Assembly: GCF_009914755.1 (NCBI RefSeq)
Contig: NC_060945.1
DNA from: the human T2T-CHM13v2.0 reference genome, Homo sapiens
DNA length: 64,000 nucleotides
Direction: 5' to 3' (one strand)
Below, in pieces: positions 30,871 through 52,510 of this stretch. A model generated the notes under the pieces. That model was not told the DNA's origin. It saw only the letters and a program-made list of their open reading frames with translations, and ran no database searches. The first letter of the stretch is position 1, and the number at the start of each line of letters is the position of its first letter. The position numbers and the translations under genes are program-made.

Positions 30871-31547
30871 AGCAACAAGGTGACAACAGTCAGTGTTCCT
30901 CTTGGGATATAATTAACTTTGGAGTACCAGCTGATTCCTAGGACAGAGTTGGAGAAGAGGATATAATTAACACGGGTGGTAAAGGCAGAGTCAAGGAAGT
31001 AGCTGTGGAGTGAGCTGATGCCTGGGGTCAAAGACAGGTCTGTCCTGCGGATGACATTTCTCTTGAGAAGTAAACCGTCAGCAATCAGGACCTAGGGGTC
31101 ACCTAGCATTTGGTGGCTCAACACAAGCTCTAGTACCAGGAGGTATGGCATCTGCTACAAAAACAAAATGCAGTCGTCACAATTTGTGCTCATCAAAATG
31201 CATTAGCATAGTTTCTGCCATCAAAACCTGCTTGACATTAAGAAGGGGTCCTCTTGCTAGGGTACCCAACCACAGAGCTGCTCCCTCAGAGGGTGAAAAT
31301 ATGCTTAACACAGGGCTTTCTGTTCTGGAAAGAAAACAGGACTTAAACTGAGCTGCTTCAGAGAGGGTTGAGAGCTTCTTTATGGAGCAGGCAAAGCATG
31401 GATGTCATGAACTTTCCTAACACACTAGGTGAGGGGCAGCCCTACAGCCCTGAGATAGAATGGCTTTTCCATTGGTTTTTCCGATACCCGAGGGAGGGCA
31501 TGACTATCCCCATTGGTGTTTTTCCTTCACTTGAGAAGCATCTAGGC

Positions 31548-31754
31548 CAGTGATTCTCAAAGTGTGGTCCCTGGACCAGCAGCAGCAGTGTCACCTGGGA
31601 ACTTGTTAGAAACACAACTTCTTGGGTTCCATCCCAGATCTACTTAATTAGGAACTCTGGGGCTGGGCATCACTCCTCTTTCCTGCCCACTGCAATCTAT
31701 GTTTTAATAAACACTCCAGGTGAGTGACTAGGATGCCAGCTAAAGTTTAAGAAC
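31548..31754. mobile_element. MER5A
   Basis: cagtgattctcaaagtgtggtccctggaccagcagc...cacctgggaacttgttagaaa. Confidence 0.85.
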
Positions 31755-34075
<2,321 letters not shown>

Positions 34076-34343
34076 AAAAATGGAATTAGGGAAGGTCAGA
34101 ATGCCCTTTGATGAACAATCACTGTTTGGGCATTTGAATTAATATCCTGACGGACAGCAACTAGAGCCCTTTCCCAGGTATACTGTCAGATCTGGTTGTC
34201 CTTGACTTTCCCATGATCTCTTCTTGCTATTAAGCCTTACTACCAACACACTGGGGTCAGCTCCCTGGACACATGAGCATGCTGATTGAAGAGCATCTTG
34301 TTTTATTAGAAGCATAAGTTCTATCATCTGTTCTCCATAGTAA

Positions 34344-35068
<725 letters not shown>

Positions 35069-35334
35069 TGATTTGACTGTTCTGGTGGATGAAGGCCTTG
35101 GATATTTCTCCTTGTAGGGGGAATCAGTTGTTCTGAAGAACTTTGGTGTTTGCCTTAAGATGATGAGTAGAAGCTTCTCTGTGACAACTGCATTTCACAC
35201 TCATGAAAACATTCCAGTAATATTAACCACGTGGCTCTTGTAATCTTAAAAAGTCCCATATTGCTTCAGCAATTTTGTCAAGGGGGTTGCTAGGAAAAAA
35301 AGGGAGGGGTGGCAGAATGTCAATTTTCTTTAGG

Positions 35335-35812
35335 GTGGCAATAAGCTCAGCTAAGATTGTACATTTCTCAGATTCCTTGTAGTCAGGGGAGACCTTTGGC
35401 AATTCTGGCTAATGAGAAGTAAGCAGATGTTACAGGGTGGGGCTTCCAGGAAAGCTCTTTAAAAGAAGACAGAAAAAAAAAAAAATGTTGGTGTCAGGGG
35501 AATAAATTGGCACGCACCTTTCATCATCTGTTGTCCCATTTCTTCTCCCTGGAATGCTGATGCAATGCTGGAGGCAGAGTCGCCATTTTGTAGTCATGCG
35601 GTGACTGTGAGCACGAAGGCACAAACTAAGCAGGGAAACAAATAGCTAGAAGAAACATCAGTTATAGACACTGTTGTGCAGCTGCCATACCAATCCTGAA
35701 TGGCTTACCACAGCAGCCCTTTACATGAGAAAAGCAAAGCCCCTAATTTGTGTAAGTTAATATTTTGGGAGTTTCTGTTACTTGCAGTCAAACCCAACAT
35801 CTAACTGAATCA
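35335..35812 (+). mobile_element. Old MLT1 (H/I-like) LTR
   Basis: cagctaagattgtacatttctcagattcctt...ttctgttacttgcagtcaaa..ctaactga. Confidence 0.65.
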
Positions 35813-36131
35813 GAGGTATTTTCAGTCTACACTAGTGGTTGAGAGTATGGACTTTGAGGTCTGGCAGACCTACTGATATGTTGAGCTATGTGACCTTGGA
35901 CATACTGCCTCACATTTCTCAGATGCTTCATTTGTAAGATGGAATCAACAACAGTACTAACCACTGGGTTGTTTTAAGGATAAGTTGATATATTTTAAGA
36001 GCTAATTAGCTCAGTGCCTGACACATACCAACAACTGACTAGATGTAGATGGTAGAGCGAAACTGAAGTTGCCTTCCAATACAGATAGAGGGTGCGCAGT
36101 TATGTACAAGAAGTTTTAAAACTAGGGCACA

Positions 36132-36440
36132 GGCTGGGTGTGGTGGCTCATGCCTGGTAATCCCAGCACTTTGGGAGGCCGAGGCAGGAGGATCACTTGA
36201 GGTCAGGAGTTTGAGACCAGCCTGGCCAACATGGTGAAACCTTATCTCTACTAAAAATACAAAAATTAGCTGGATGTGGTGGTGGGAACCTCTAAGCCCA
36301 GCTACTCAGGAGGCTAAGGCAGGAGAATCTCTTGAGCCCAGAAGGCAGAGGTTACAGTAAGCCGAGATTGTACCACTGCACTCCAGCCTTGGTGACAGAG
36401 TGAGGTCTTGTCTCAAAAAGCAAAAACAAAACCAAAACTA
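36132..36440 (+). mobile_element. Alu (S-type)
   Basis: Full sense Alu; TSD aaaactagggca. Confidence 0.95.
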
Positions 36441-36829
36441 GGGCATGATTTGGCAGCACTGTGTCTTGGACACTGAATATTATACAGCTGCTGGACTTCA
36501 TTGTCATGTGAAAAATCAAGGTCATCTGATGCTAAGTGGATCTGGCCAGGCCTACCCTCAGACTGGTATTCCCTCTCTCTGCCCCTTCTAGGGGTCTATG
36601 GCTACAGATCATTGTAGGAAAACTATCTGACTCAACATATAGCCCTCCTTACTGGCTAAGGAGAATTAGGCAGTTATGCAGAGAGGACAGGCTGTAATGC
36701 ATGTTCCATGGCCATCCCTTGACTCGGTTGCACCCAAAATGGACATCCAACACAAAGAGCCCATTTTGAAGGCTGGCCAGAGGCTGACCAAGGGTCCTAG
36801 TAGGAAAATTTCTTACCTCTGAGATGGCT

Positions 36830-37578
36830 GTTTCAAATGTTCTCATCTCTCCTTAGAACTCCTTCCCTTTCTCATTCCCATCTGATGATATTGCTTCTCA
36901 TTGATTGTAGTGAGAAAATAGAAGCAATTGGAGGAGAACTGATTTATTCTCTCAGAACTGAATCTCTGCCCCTTGGCCCTGCCTTCCTTCCTGTTCCCAG
37001 GGATGAACTGGACCTGCTCCTTGCAGAGGAGAGCACTTCACCAGGGCACTGGGACCGTGTCCTCTTGCCACTCTGGAAAACCACTTCTCTCTCTCCTGTA
37101 TCATGACATACAACTGTACCTTTCTTCTGGATCATTCTCTATGCAAATGAGCTCTAACCTCTCCATCTTAACAACACAACAACCTTCTCCCTTGAGGCTG
37201 AGCCCCTCCCTGCTCCCTTCTCACTGCTGTGCTTCCCTTTACAGCCACACACCTGGCCTGTCCTCACTGTTCTGAAAGTGCACTCATCAAGGTCACCAGT
37301 GACTCTTTTGTTGCCAAATGCAATGGCCAGTTCTGAGTCCTTGGTTTACCCAAACTTCAGCAGCATTTCACCCAAATGATTACTCCCTTTTTGAAAAACT
37401 GTCTCCACTTGCTGTCTTCAGTGTGAGAAATAGACAATAACCAATATTAATACCTTTATAACATAATGTGAACTCCATTATGGTGAGGGCTTTATTTCAT
37501 TTACAGCTATATTCCTAGCATCCAGAATGGTGCCTGTTACATATAAGGCATGCAGTATATTTGTTGAATGGATGAATC
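36830..37578 (+). mobile_element. L2 fragments
   Basis: caaggtcaccagtgac...gccaaatgcaatggccagttctgagtcc; ends atttgttgaatggatgaat. Confidence 0.75.
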
Positions 37579-37583
37579 TGGAT

Positions 37584-37803
37584 CAGAGGTGAGCAAAGTG
37601 CAGATCACAGACCAAATCTGGCCCATTGCCTGTTTTGTATATAAAGTTTTATTGGAACACAGCTATCCTCATGCATTTGTGGATTGTACAAGGCTGCTTT
37701 CACACATCGGCAGAGTTGAATAGCTGTGACAGTGACTGTGTGACCTGCAAGGGCAAACATATCTACTATCTGGCCTTTTACAGCAAAACTTTGCTGACCC
37801 CTG
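37584..37803 (+). mobile_element. MER58A
   Basis: cagaggtgagcaaa...tttgctgacccctg terminal inverted repeats; ataaagttttattggaacacagc core. Confidence 0.9.
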
Positions 37804-39145
37804 ATTTAGATAACTACTTCAACTTCCACTACATGCTGTGTGGGCAAGACCCTGACCCCACATGACCAATGAGAGAAAGTTCACATGGAAGAAACACAGC
37901 TGCCTCTTTCACCAGGAGCATTCTCAGGATTTGTCCATGGCCAAGGGCTGAGAAGGACTCTCTATGTAAATATAATAAAAGGGTATGGGGTGAAGATGGA
38001 AGCAAAAAAACAATTAATCCGTATTAATAAGAAAAACATTCCTGTGCAACCATTTTATATCATGCACTTTGCATATATGTTTCACTGAATGCTCCTATAA
38101 TCCAGTGAGGCAGGCACTGTCATTTCCATTTTGCAGATGAGGAAATGAAAGCAAATGCAAGTTAAATGTTTTGCTGAAGGTCACAGAGCTACAGAATATC
38201 AGAAAAGGGGTAGCTGATGCCAGTACCAGGAATAGACCCTTGGGGCAGGGAGCAGCTGTGATAACCACAAGCACACACAGGGTTGTGATGACATGCAAGT
38301 GCTGTTCCCAGTCTGCCCATCTGTCTTGGGAAATCAAGGCCTAGGAAGATGGACTGACTTGCCCAAGGCCACCTGGCCGTGGTAAACGGCACAGCAGGAC
38401 TTGATCTCACAGTCTGGCTTTAGACTCAGTTCCTCACTACTCTCCTGTAATGCATGACAGGTCCTTGATGAATAGCCGTTAAGCAAATAAACGAATTTGA
38501 AGGCAAATTTGTGGAATCCCAGCCAGTGCCTCTGCCTCCACCCTGCAGAGGCCACCCTTCTAAGGTTCAGAGGGCTCAGCAGCATCTGCTTAGAGTAGAG
38601 CTGGCAAGAAGGGGGAGGTGTTGTCGTAGAAATTACTAGAACATTTCAGGATTTATTCATTCTCTGTCTACATTTTTGTCTCTCTTGGGGCAGTGCCCAT
38701 TTCCCTGGGGAAACTATCATTTCAATAACTGGTGATAACATCTGTCTTTAAACTTGTGAACCACTTGTAGAGATGTATTTCAGAAGGGAACTAAGGCTTC
38801 CGGTTTTAGGGCAGTTTCTTCCAAAATCATTGAAGTTGCTTTCTTACTCAATCCTGGCTACAGGTTTGAATTGTGCAACAAAATGTATCCCCCAACAGAC
38901 TACTGTACAAATTATGCCCTCCATTGGGAGGTGAATTTTTTTCCCCTGTCAAAGTTACTTAACTTAAAAAAATTGGGATTTGATGTATTTCTCTTTCAAA
39001 ATCAGATAAAGCCATCAATTTTATGTACATTTGGCCAGCTCTCAAGAGTGGGACAGGGGTATTCTAGAGAGGAAGCATTCTCTGCTCAGTAAGGCATGTT
39101 TTCGATTTTCTGGTTGTGGGGTAAAATTAATGATATCTTTCCTTC

Positions 39146-39560
39146 TGTATTAATCAACTCAGATTGCCGTAAGAAGATACTATAGATTGTGTGGCTAAAC
39201 CAACAGACATGCATTTTTCACAGTTCTGGAGGCAGGAAGGTGAAGGTGCCAGCTGATTGGCTTCCAAGTAAGGCCTCTCTTCCTGACTTGCAGATGGCCG
39301 CCTTCTCGCTGTGTCCTCACATGGCCTTTCCTTAGTTTGTGCATATAGCAGGGCTGGGGTGGGAGTTGGGAGTGAGGGAGAGAGAGAGGAATTTCTCTTC
39401 CTCCTCTTATAAGGCAACCAATTCTATTGGGTTAGGGCCCCACCCTTCTGACCTCATTTAACCTTAATTATCTCCTAAATGCCCTATCTCCAGATACAAT
39501 CTCACTGTGGGGATTGAGGCTTCAACATATAAATTTTGAGGACAACACAATTCAATCCCT
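39146..39560 (-). mobile_element. MLT1A-like solo LTR
   Basis: tcacagttctggaggc...cttataaggcaaccaa..ggttagggccccaccc..gacctcatttaaccttaatta. Confidence 0.87.
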
Positions 39561-39829
39561 CTCCTGGGACCCTGAGAACCATCCCATGTGACCTGATACT
39601 GTGAAAGTTTGCAAGCTGACTGCAAATATTGTTCAATCTGGTTTTGAGACCATGATTAACATGCTTCCATGTAGGAAGATCCCAAACTCTATTCTTTAGT
39701 TTCAAGTCCTTGCACACATGAGGAAAAAATTGTGTGCATTGTGCAGCAGTTAGTAGTTTTTCTGAATATTCCATACAGTAATAATAGCTTTGCTTAAAAG
39801 GTACCAGACACCCTACTACACCTTTTGTA

Positions 39830-40030
39830 TCTCTAAGCATTTTGTATTATCTTTTAATCCTTTTCACAACCTTGTGACAGATGAAACAGTTATTATTATT
39901 CCCAGTTTATGGATGAAGAAACTCAGGTTTAGATAAGCTAGGTAACTTGCTCAAGAGAACACAACTAGGAAATGACTCAATTCAGGTTTGAACCCAGCAC
40001 TGTGTAATTCCAAGGTATTCTCCTAACCAC
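39830..40030. mobile_element. MIR
   Basis: ttattattcccagtttatggatgaagaaactcagg...aggtttgaacccag. Confidence 0.8.
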
Positions 40031-41119
40031 ACTCCGTGTCTCCCAGTTGTTGATGAAACGTATACTTCCAAATACTTCATTCCACAATCATCAGGAATGA
40101 TGGTTCAGCTTAATGCTTTAAAATTAACCTCTGGCTGAGAAGAAGTTAATTCAGTTTGGTTTAGTTCTTGCTTTTATTCAGATTTATCTTATCCATGTAT
40201 TTTGGTTAGTAACCATTGAGGCAAAGGGATATTGCTCTGAAAAGCCACTCCTAACTTAAAACATTTTGCTTTTATTAGAATGTCAAAAAGGTTTTTGGTA
40301 AAAGACACTTCTAAAAAAAATCAGTGGAGAATGGTAATGGTGCCATTTCCCATTCTGTAATTTATTTTAATGACTGTCTTCTCTCATCTGTGTCGAGAGT
40401 GTCCTAAGGCAATTTTATGGGTTTTTTTAATTAAAAATTTTGCTCACTTTTCAGAAACCAAAAGAGAAAACTATCACAGAAAATGTTTTTCTCTTCTGTT
40501 TGTTCTGTGTTTCAAGTACTATGTTTCTATCATGATTAAAGTCATTTTTTTTTTGTCAAAGAAGTCCAGCTGTTTGAACCATCTGAACCGGAAGAGTGGA
40601 AAGGAATTGAGGTGTTTCTCCCTCCTTCTAGAAAGTTAAGGGTAGCAGAATTTGAACACCACAAGCCTCAGAGAGAAGTGACAGAGGTGAGGACAGATGA
40701 CCTAATTGGTTATTCCTAGTTATTAGAATTAGGCGGCTTATCTCTTTTTTCCTAAATGTTTATACCTATGGGAGAATTTTCCAGCTTCCTGGGAACACAA
40801 TTTTTTTTCTTTCTCGAGAGAGATAAGTGTGTTTACTCTCTGCAGTATCTATTCAACTGCAAGGAAGTATTGCAGGGCAGAAGCAAGCTCTTCAATACAA
40901 AGCAGCTCATTTCAAAGCATCCAGGCTTACTTTTGTTGTCTGTGCCTATTCATCCTATAAACTGCTCTTCATCAAAATAGTTAACTCTCCCCTGTTCTGC
41001 CCCCATCCACTCTTGAGAATGAGGGGATGGCAGGAAACCATCAATACAAAAATCTATGTGGCAACAACAACCATTTGGCCTGTTGAGAGGTGCTTATGCA
41101 GAAAGAAACACAAGAAAAC

Positions 41120-41147
41120 AAAGAGGAAGTGTGTGAACTTCTGACCC
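41120..41147. promoter_or_regulatory. Candidate PU.1/ETS site abutting a DR2 nuclear-receptor element
   Basis: AAAGAGGAAGTG followed by TGAACT-tc-TGACCC; motif match only. Confidence 0.3.
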
Positions 41148-42169
41148 TCTTTGCCACATGCCATTTGGTGGGTGGGTGGCATGAGCAAGCATCCTGCAGT
41201 GGGTGTTTTTATGGGACCAAGTGACAAAGAGCCAAACAGGGTGAGAACTCATGAGTAGCAAGTGGAAAACTACCAAGAGCTGTCCCATCACTCCTGCAAC
41301 AAACTTCACCTCGCTCAAGGGAGGGTAGCTGAGGCTCCCTTCTCCAAATCCTGCAAGACACAGGCACTCTGATGGGGCCAGCTCTTCACTGCATGGGAGG
41401 GCTTTTGTTGAACAGTGAGTTTCTGTGCCCCGCTCCCTTTTTGGCCCCTTTTGCCCAAGTGGAGTGACACTTTATCAATTGGGGGGGCAGGCAACGAATA
41501 GAGGATATTAATGATTGCTAACGGACCCCCATCTGCTGTTCCGCCTGCAGCTTTTATGAAACCCACATTTTAAAATTAACACATGGAAAAGACAGTCTTA
41601 GCTCAAAAGTGTCAGCTAGGAAAGGAATTCAATTGATCCCCACTCTGTAGTTGTCTGAGTGGATCTGCTAAATGTGGACTTGCAGGAGGGCAAGAATTGT
41701 TCTGAAAACTGATATGAGAACACAGGCCAGCCTGTGCAGTGGCTACATCAAGGAATTCCAGAAGGTTTTACCTTTGGATTTAAATGTTGGCTTTAGCATT
41801 TGGTGGAAGTTTTCTGGGGAGATGAGAATATGATAACTCAGGGAGGAACAGTAAAAATTGGCTGAGGACGGCTAATGCCCTGGGGTTAGTGGTTTGCGTT
41901 TTCTTAGAACATGCAGGAAGGCAGGGGGCTTTTCTAGAAAGCACTCTGGGTCTGAAGATGTGAGAGCTGTGATTGAGCTGGGTTTAGCCTTTATTGTGAC
42001 ACTCTGGGCAAGAAACTTAACTTTTCTGAGTGTCTGTTAAAAGGTGACAATAAGACCCACATCTCTCAAACGAGACAGTGGGTGAGAAAGTGATTTGTAA
42101 CACAGGACATTACAATAAATACTACATAAATTTTTTGTATAATAAAACTTGTAAATAATGTAGGCTGTC

Positions 42170-44160
42170 AATGCATCCGTTTGTTCAAGGAACATATATC
42201 TACAAGGAGCTGTTGATATACAATAAATAACAGACTCAGTCTCTGTCCTCACAAAGTTTACAGTTGACACTCACACGCAAACACAAAAGTCCTTTAAAGT
42301 GCGGTAAGTGCTATGATGGGTAAATAAAGGCTTCATAGAAGTTTATAAAGATGACGCCTACCCTGGTCTTGGGAAATTTCCAGGAGGCTTCCAGGAGGGA
42401 GTAATGTTCAAGCCAGGCTTAAATGCCATCTCCTCGGTGAGGACTCTCATGTACTGCTTAGTTAAAAACTTAACCCCTTACCCTCCTGTTTTATTTTTCT
42501 TTAAAGCACTAGCGCTATCTGATGCACTCCCTGTATTCACTTGCTGATAGTTTGTGTCTGTCTCTCTTAACCAAAGTGGAAGCTCATGAAGTGAGATATT
42601 TTTCTGTTTTGTTTTCTACCGCATCCTCTGCGCCTAGGATAGGTTATGACACATAGCAGGCACTCAAGATATGTTTGTGGAATAAATGAATATAAAATGT
42701 AAGTGTGATTTGGGCAGCCAGGAGAGCTGGAAATAATATTCCAGGAGCAGAAAACCATAAGCAAAGACCAGGAGGCCAAGTGTAGGTGGCTTGGTTTGGC
42801 TGGAGTATTAACATGTGAGGGTGGAATATGGAGAGATCAGACTGGGGAAGTAGGTAAGGCCAGATGGTGAAGGGTCTTGTAAGCCAAGTTCAAGGGCTTG
42901 GACCTTATTCTGAGGGTTGTAAGGACAGTTGAAGTATTTAATATGGAAGTGATAAGATCTGAGTTTCCACACAGCTTGGGACAGGGAGACCATGGGGAAG
43001 CTTCTTTCCTAGTCGAGGAGCAAGACAATGATGACCTGAACTAGGACTATGGCAATGGGGAGAGGGATTAGAAGGGATTGGAAGGGACAGGCCCTGACAG
43101 TTGATTGGCAGTGGGGAATGAAGGTGAGGGAAGCTCAGTGATCGGGTGGAGGCAATTCAAGTGACCTCATGGGTGGTGGTCCATTCATGGACATGGGGAA
43201 GACAGCAGCAGAAGCAAGTTTGGGATGAAGATGATGAGTTTTCAGTGTGGAACTTTTAGCTGAGTATGTTTTGTGAGCGTTTCTGTGTGAGTCAGTCTAG
43301 AAATGGCAACTGAAGCCATAGATGTTTGGAATTTTCCAGCTAAGAGAGAAAAGGAGTAGGCTTAGGAAAAGCCCCAGAAGACACTAATGGCAGAAGGATG
43401 GACAGAAGGAGAGAAGCCCAAGAAGGAATGTGGGAAAAAGATTTCGAGGGGGTCTAAGGAGGACCAGGAATAGATGGTATCGCAAGGAGAGAAGGGCTTG
43501 CCAGGTCAAGTTAGATATAAAAGTGTTATGGGTTTAAAATGTGTCCCCCAAAACGAAATGTGGAAGTTCTAATCTCTGGTACCTGTGACCTCATTTAGAG
43601 GTCATGAATTTGCAGATATAATCAAGTAAAGATGAGGTCATGCTAGATTAGGGTGGGCCCTAATCTTATAAAAAGAGGGAAATTTGGACACGGAGACACA
43701 AGCAAGGCAATGTGAAGACAGAGGCAGAGTTTGGCATGATGCCACCATAACCCGAGGAAAGCCAAGGAAGGAGGGCAACCACCAGGACTAGGAAGAGGCA
43801 GGGAAGTCTCCCTCCCGAGAGCCTTCAGAGGGAGCGTGGCCTTGTCAACACCATGATTTTAGACTTCTGGCCCCCAAACTGTGAGACAATATGTTTCTGC
43901 TGTTTCAAGCTACCTGGTTTGTGGTAATCTGTTATAGCAGTCCTACAAAACTAATACAGGAAGGGAAAGTATCCACAGATGTAGCAACAAGGAAGTCATA
44001 AGAAACCGTGGTAAAACTAGCTTCAGTCTAGCAGTGAGGGAGACTCAGACTGGAGAGGGTGGTAAAGCTAATGACAGGGGGAGAAATGGAGACCAGGTCT
44101 AAGCAAGTCTCCCCAAGCCTGGCTACGCAGGGAGAGAGAGAAGTCTACAGTAGCTAGAAG
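42170..44160. mobile_element. Patchwork of L2 fragments in both orientations
   Basis: cacatagcaggcactcaagatatgtttgtggaataaatgaat (sense L2 end); antisense L2 phrases downstream. Confidence 0.7.
43524..43958 (+). mobile_element. MLT1C-like solo LTR
   Basis: tgttatgggtttaaaatgtgtccccca...aaaactaataca. Confidence 0.88.
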
Positions 44161-44196
44161 ATGTCAATGAAATCTATCGAACGATCTACCAAATGA

Positions 44197-44210
44197 TCTA
44201 TCTATCTATC

Positions 44211-44261
<51 letters not shown>

Positions 44262-44272
44262 ATCTATCTATC
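44197..44272. repeat. (TCTA)n STR
   Basis: Long nearly pure run with two TCA interruptions. Confidence 0.96.
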
Positions 44273-44276
44273 TTGA

Positions 44277-44580
<304 letters not shown>

Positions 44581-44594
44581 CTCTCCTCTATCGA

Positions 44595-44648
<54 letters not shown>

Positions 44649-44684
44649 CTATTTATATCTATCTATCTATCTATCTTCTATTTA

Positions 44685-44734
<50 letters not shown>

Positions 44735-44840
44735 CTATTTATATCTATCTATCTATCTTCTATTTATATCTATCTATCTATCTATCTATCTAATCTATCT
44801 ATCTACCTACCTATGTATCTATAATCTATCTATCTATCCA
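44595..44840. repeat. Compound (TCTA)n STR
   Basis: TCTA runs punctuated four times by tcttctatttata. Confidence 0.95.
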
Positions 44841-44861
44841 TCCCTCTAACTACCTACCTAT

Positions 44862-46450
<1,589 letters not shown>

Positions 46451-46511
46451 TAAAGATTTGATCAGATTTAAATGCTGATGGGAAGCCATTGGAGAGGAAA
46501 ACATTTTCTGA

Positions 46512-48003
<1,492 letters not shown>

Positions 48004-48084
48004 TCACTTTTCCTGGCTGACTAAGCCCCAGGGTCAGGAATGCACCACTGAGAGAAGGTAGCCCCTCTCTCTTTCTGCCGGATA

Positions 48085-48670
48085 TTGGCAATTCTGCTGT
48101 AACAAACACCCCCAAGATTTTAGTGGCCTAAACTCATACATATTTATTTATTGTTCACTGGGTCAGCATCTCTCCTCAAGTGCAGATTCAGGGACCCAGG
48201 TTCCTTTCACCTTGTGATGCTGCCAGATGTATGACTTACAGAAGAAGCGAGAGGGTGGGTCATTCACACGGAGTTAGGCTCATCCCTTTGGTGTACATCT
48301 CATTGGCCAGGCCCAGTCATATGCCCTCAACTAACAGCAAGGGAAGCTGGGAAATGTAGTTTTCCTGCATGCTGAGGTGGAAGAATGACGTGGTCAGCAC
48401 AGCGCAAGTCTCTGCCTCAGCATGTGATACCTGGAATTATGGCAGCATGGTACAACCATGAGGGCAACTAATCGGACATCTGAGGATGGAAGCGGGGGAA
48501 GATGCAAAGAACCTGGGTCTTTGGTGACGTCGTTAAGCAGCTGATGTAATCAGCCTGGGGTTTTCCTTTCTGTAGATTTTTTTTTTTTTTAAGGACAGAT
48601 AATTTTTTTCTACTGCCAAATTTTTTTGAATTGGAAATTTTTCTGGTTACTTACAACCACAATTGGCATC
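48085..48670. mobile_element. Old MLT1 fragments
   Basis: gctgtaacaaacacccc; ctcattggccag..agtcatatg; gggaaatgtagttt. Confidence 0.6.
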
Positions 48671-49118
48671 ATTCAAAAACCATTAATTTAATTACATTAC
48701 TTAAACAACTTATTATACTTAGAGTATTATATTTCATCATAGGGAAGAAGTGGAACAGTATCTAGTTTATTGCTTAGATTTCAGGAAACTCAGCTTGTTT
48801 ATTCTTGACCCCAGTGGGAAAGGGGATTCAAAATACTTTTTGTCTCAGAGTTGGGGTAGAATTGAATATTTGCATGACATTTACATCCTGTAAGAAACAA
48901 TCAAGAATATGACCGTGCTGATTGGCATTTTAAGCAGTCTGTCATTGACTGACCGTAAATATGTGACCTGCTTTACAAACCTCTAATTCTTCATTCTTTT
49001 ATTTATCAAGTACTTTTGTAGGACCTTCTACATGCGATTGCTTCTATCTTCATCTGCTAGGTTGTGCACTACTGAAGGGAGGTGTTTCTCTTATTTACTT
49101 TTATACCCGTGTTACCTA

Positions 49119-49585
<467 letters not shown>

Positions 49586-51149
49586 TTAATCTATCTGAGC
49601 CTCAGATTCCTACTTATTGAGGATAACAATCCACAAGACAGCATATGTAAAGTGTCTAGCTTATGGCCCGGCACAAAACAGGCCCATTGTAAATAGCGGT
49701 CTTTCTTCCAGTATGTTATATAGATCAAGTCGTTTCAATAGATGAATACTCTAAAAACTCAAATTTTATGGTAAACAGTTAAGAAAGTGAATCCACTGCC
49801 AGAAAATTATGTAAAGCACATTGCAAATTATATTTGGATTAGTTTCTCTTTGGATGATCCATGACAGGGTTTTCTGCTATTTGTGAAGATAGTTGAGAGT
49901 CAACAATCTTTCATTTTCACTCACATGTACCCAGAGCATCTCCCAAACACACAAATGCAAAGAATGGAATTTTCTCTCCAATTTCCAGATGAGGTATTTA
50001 TCTTTGCGGCTGAGCTAAAGGATAGCTTAAAATCGAATCTCATGCTAACACTACGGGCTCGACCAACTGTTCTTCTTAGTTTAAGTGATTTCTCTCATAA
50101 CTGAGCTGGGCGACGCAGTTTTATGACAAGGTTAGACAGCAGTAATTCATTCCTGTTGGTGTTGGCTGTGCAGGTGAGGCAGATGGCATGGCTTGTGCTT
50201 ATTTTGTTTGGATTAGAGAGCGCTGCACTCACTCAGAAGTCCTCAGTTGAGTCGCAGATCTGTGACTTAGTCACACTGTGACCTTGGGCGTGTGAGTTCA
50301 AACACGCCCTGGTTTCAGTTTCTTCTTCTGTACAATTAGGGCTTTAGACCAGGTGTTCTGGAGGTGTCTCGAACCCTAAATTCTATGATAGGGGTTTCTT
50401 TGCTGCTTCCTTTTCCCCTTATTTATTTATTATTTCAGTATTCATGTCTCAAATAATTTAAAAAAAAGAACAAAAGCATGTGTATGCACATAGTCATTAC
50501 TCTATTATTTTTCCATGGGGGGAAAAAAAGGAAATAGCCTAAGTGTCCAATATGACAGAAAAGGCTAAGTAAATGATAACAAATCAATCAATTTGGTGAA
50601 ATATTATCCAATGGTCAAAAGGGTTGTTTATGAAGCCTCCCTAGCAAAATGGGAAAATGTGTCTGTCTGATGTTAAATGAAAAAGACAGAAGATAAGTGA
50701 TCCCTCTGCCATGATAACAACACTCTAAAAAATACACAGAAATATGTGTGGATTCTAGAAGGGAGTGTGAGAAGTGGAAACAGTTGATACATTAAAAATA
50801 TGATGATTTTCTCACTTCTAGTGGGAGGAAGGAAGTGTTCAATATATTTCAGGTTTCCCTTTGGGTGTCTTGTTTTGTACATTTATCTAAGGTGGGCTAA
50901 TTGGGTTAGGTGCCTTAAGTGCTGGAAGGGGCTGGGGAATAGCTAACCTCAAGCAGGTTAGAGTCCAGTCCTTCTCTCTTCTGAGTCAAAGCTCCTTCCA
51001 TAATAAGAGAGGAAAATGATCAATGTGTTCCTCAAATAGATTGAGCTTTGCTTTTTATTTTCCTGCCTCCCTCCACTGCTACCTTCTCCTTCTCCTCCCT
51101 CCCTTCTCTCTCTCTCTCCGTTTTGTTTGTTGTTATTTACCTTTCCCCC

Positions 51150-52510
<1,361 letters not shown>

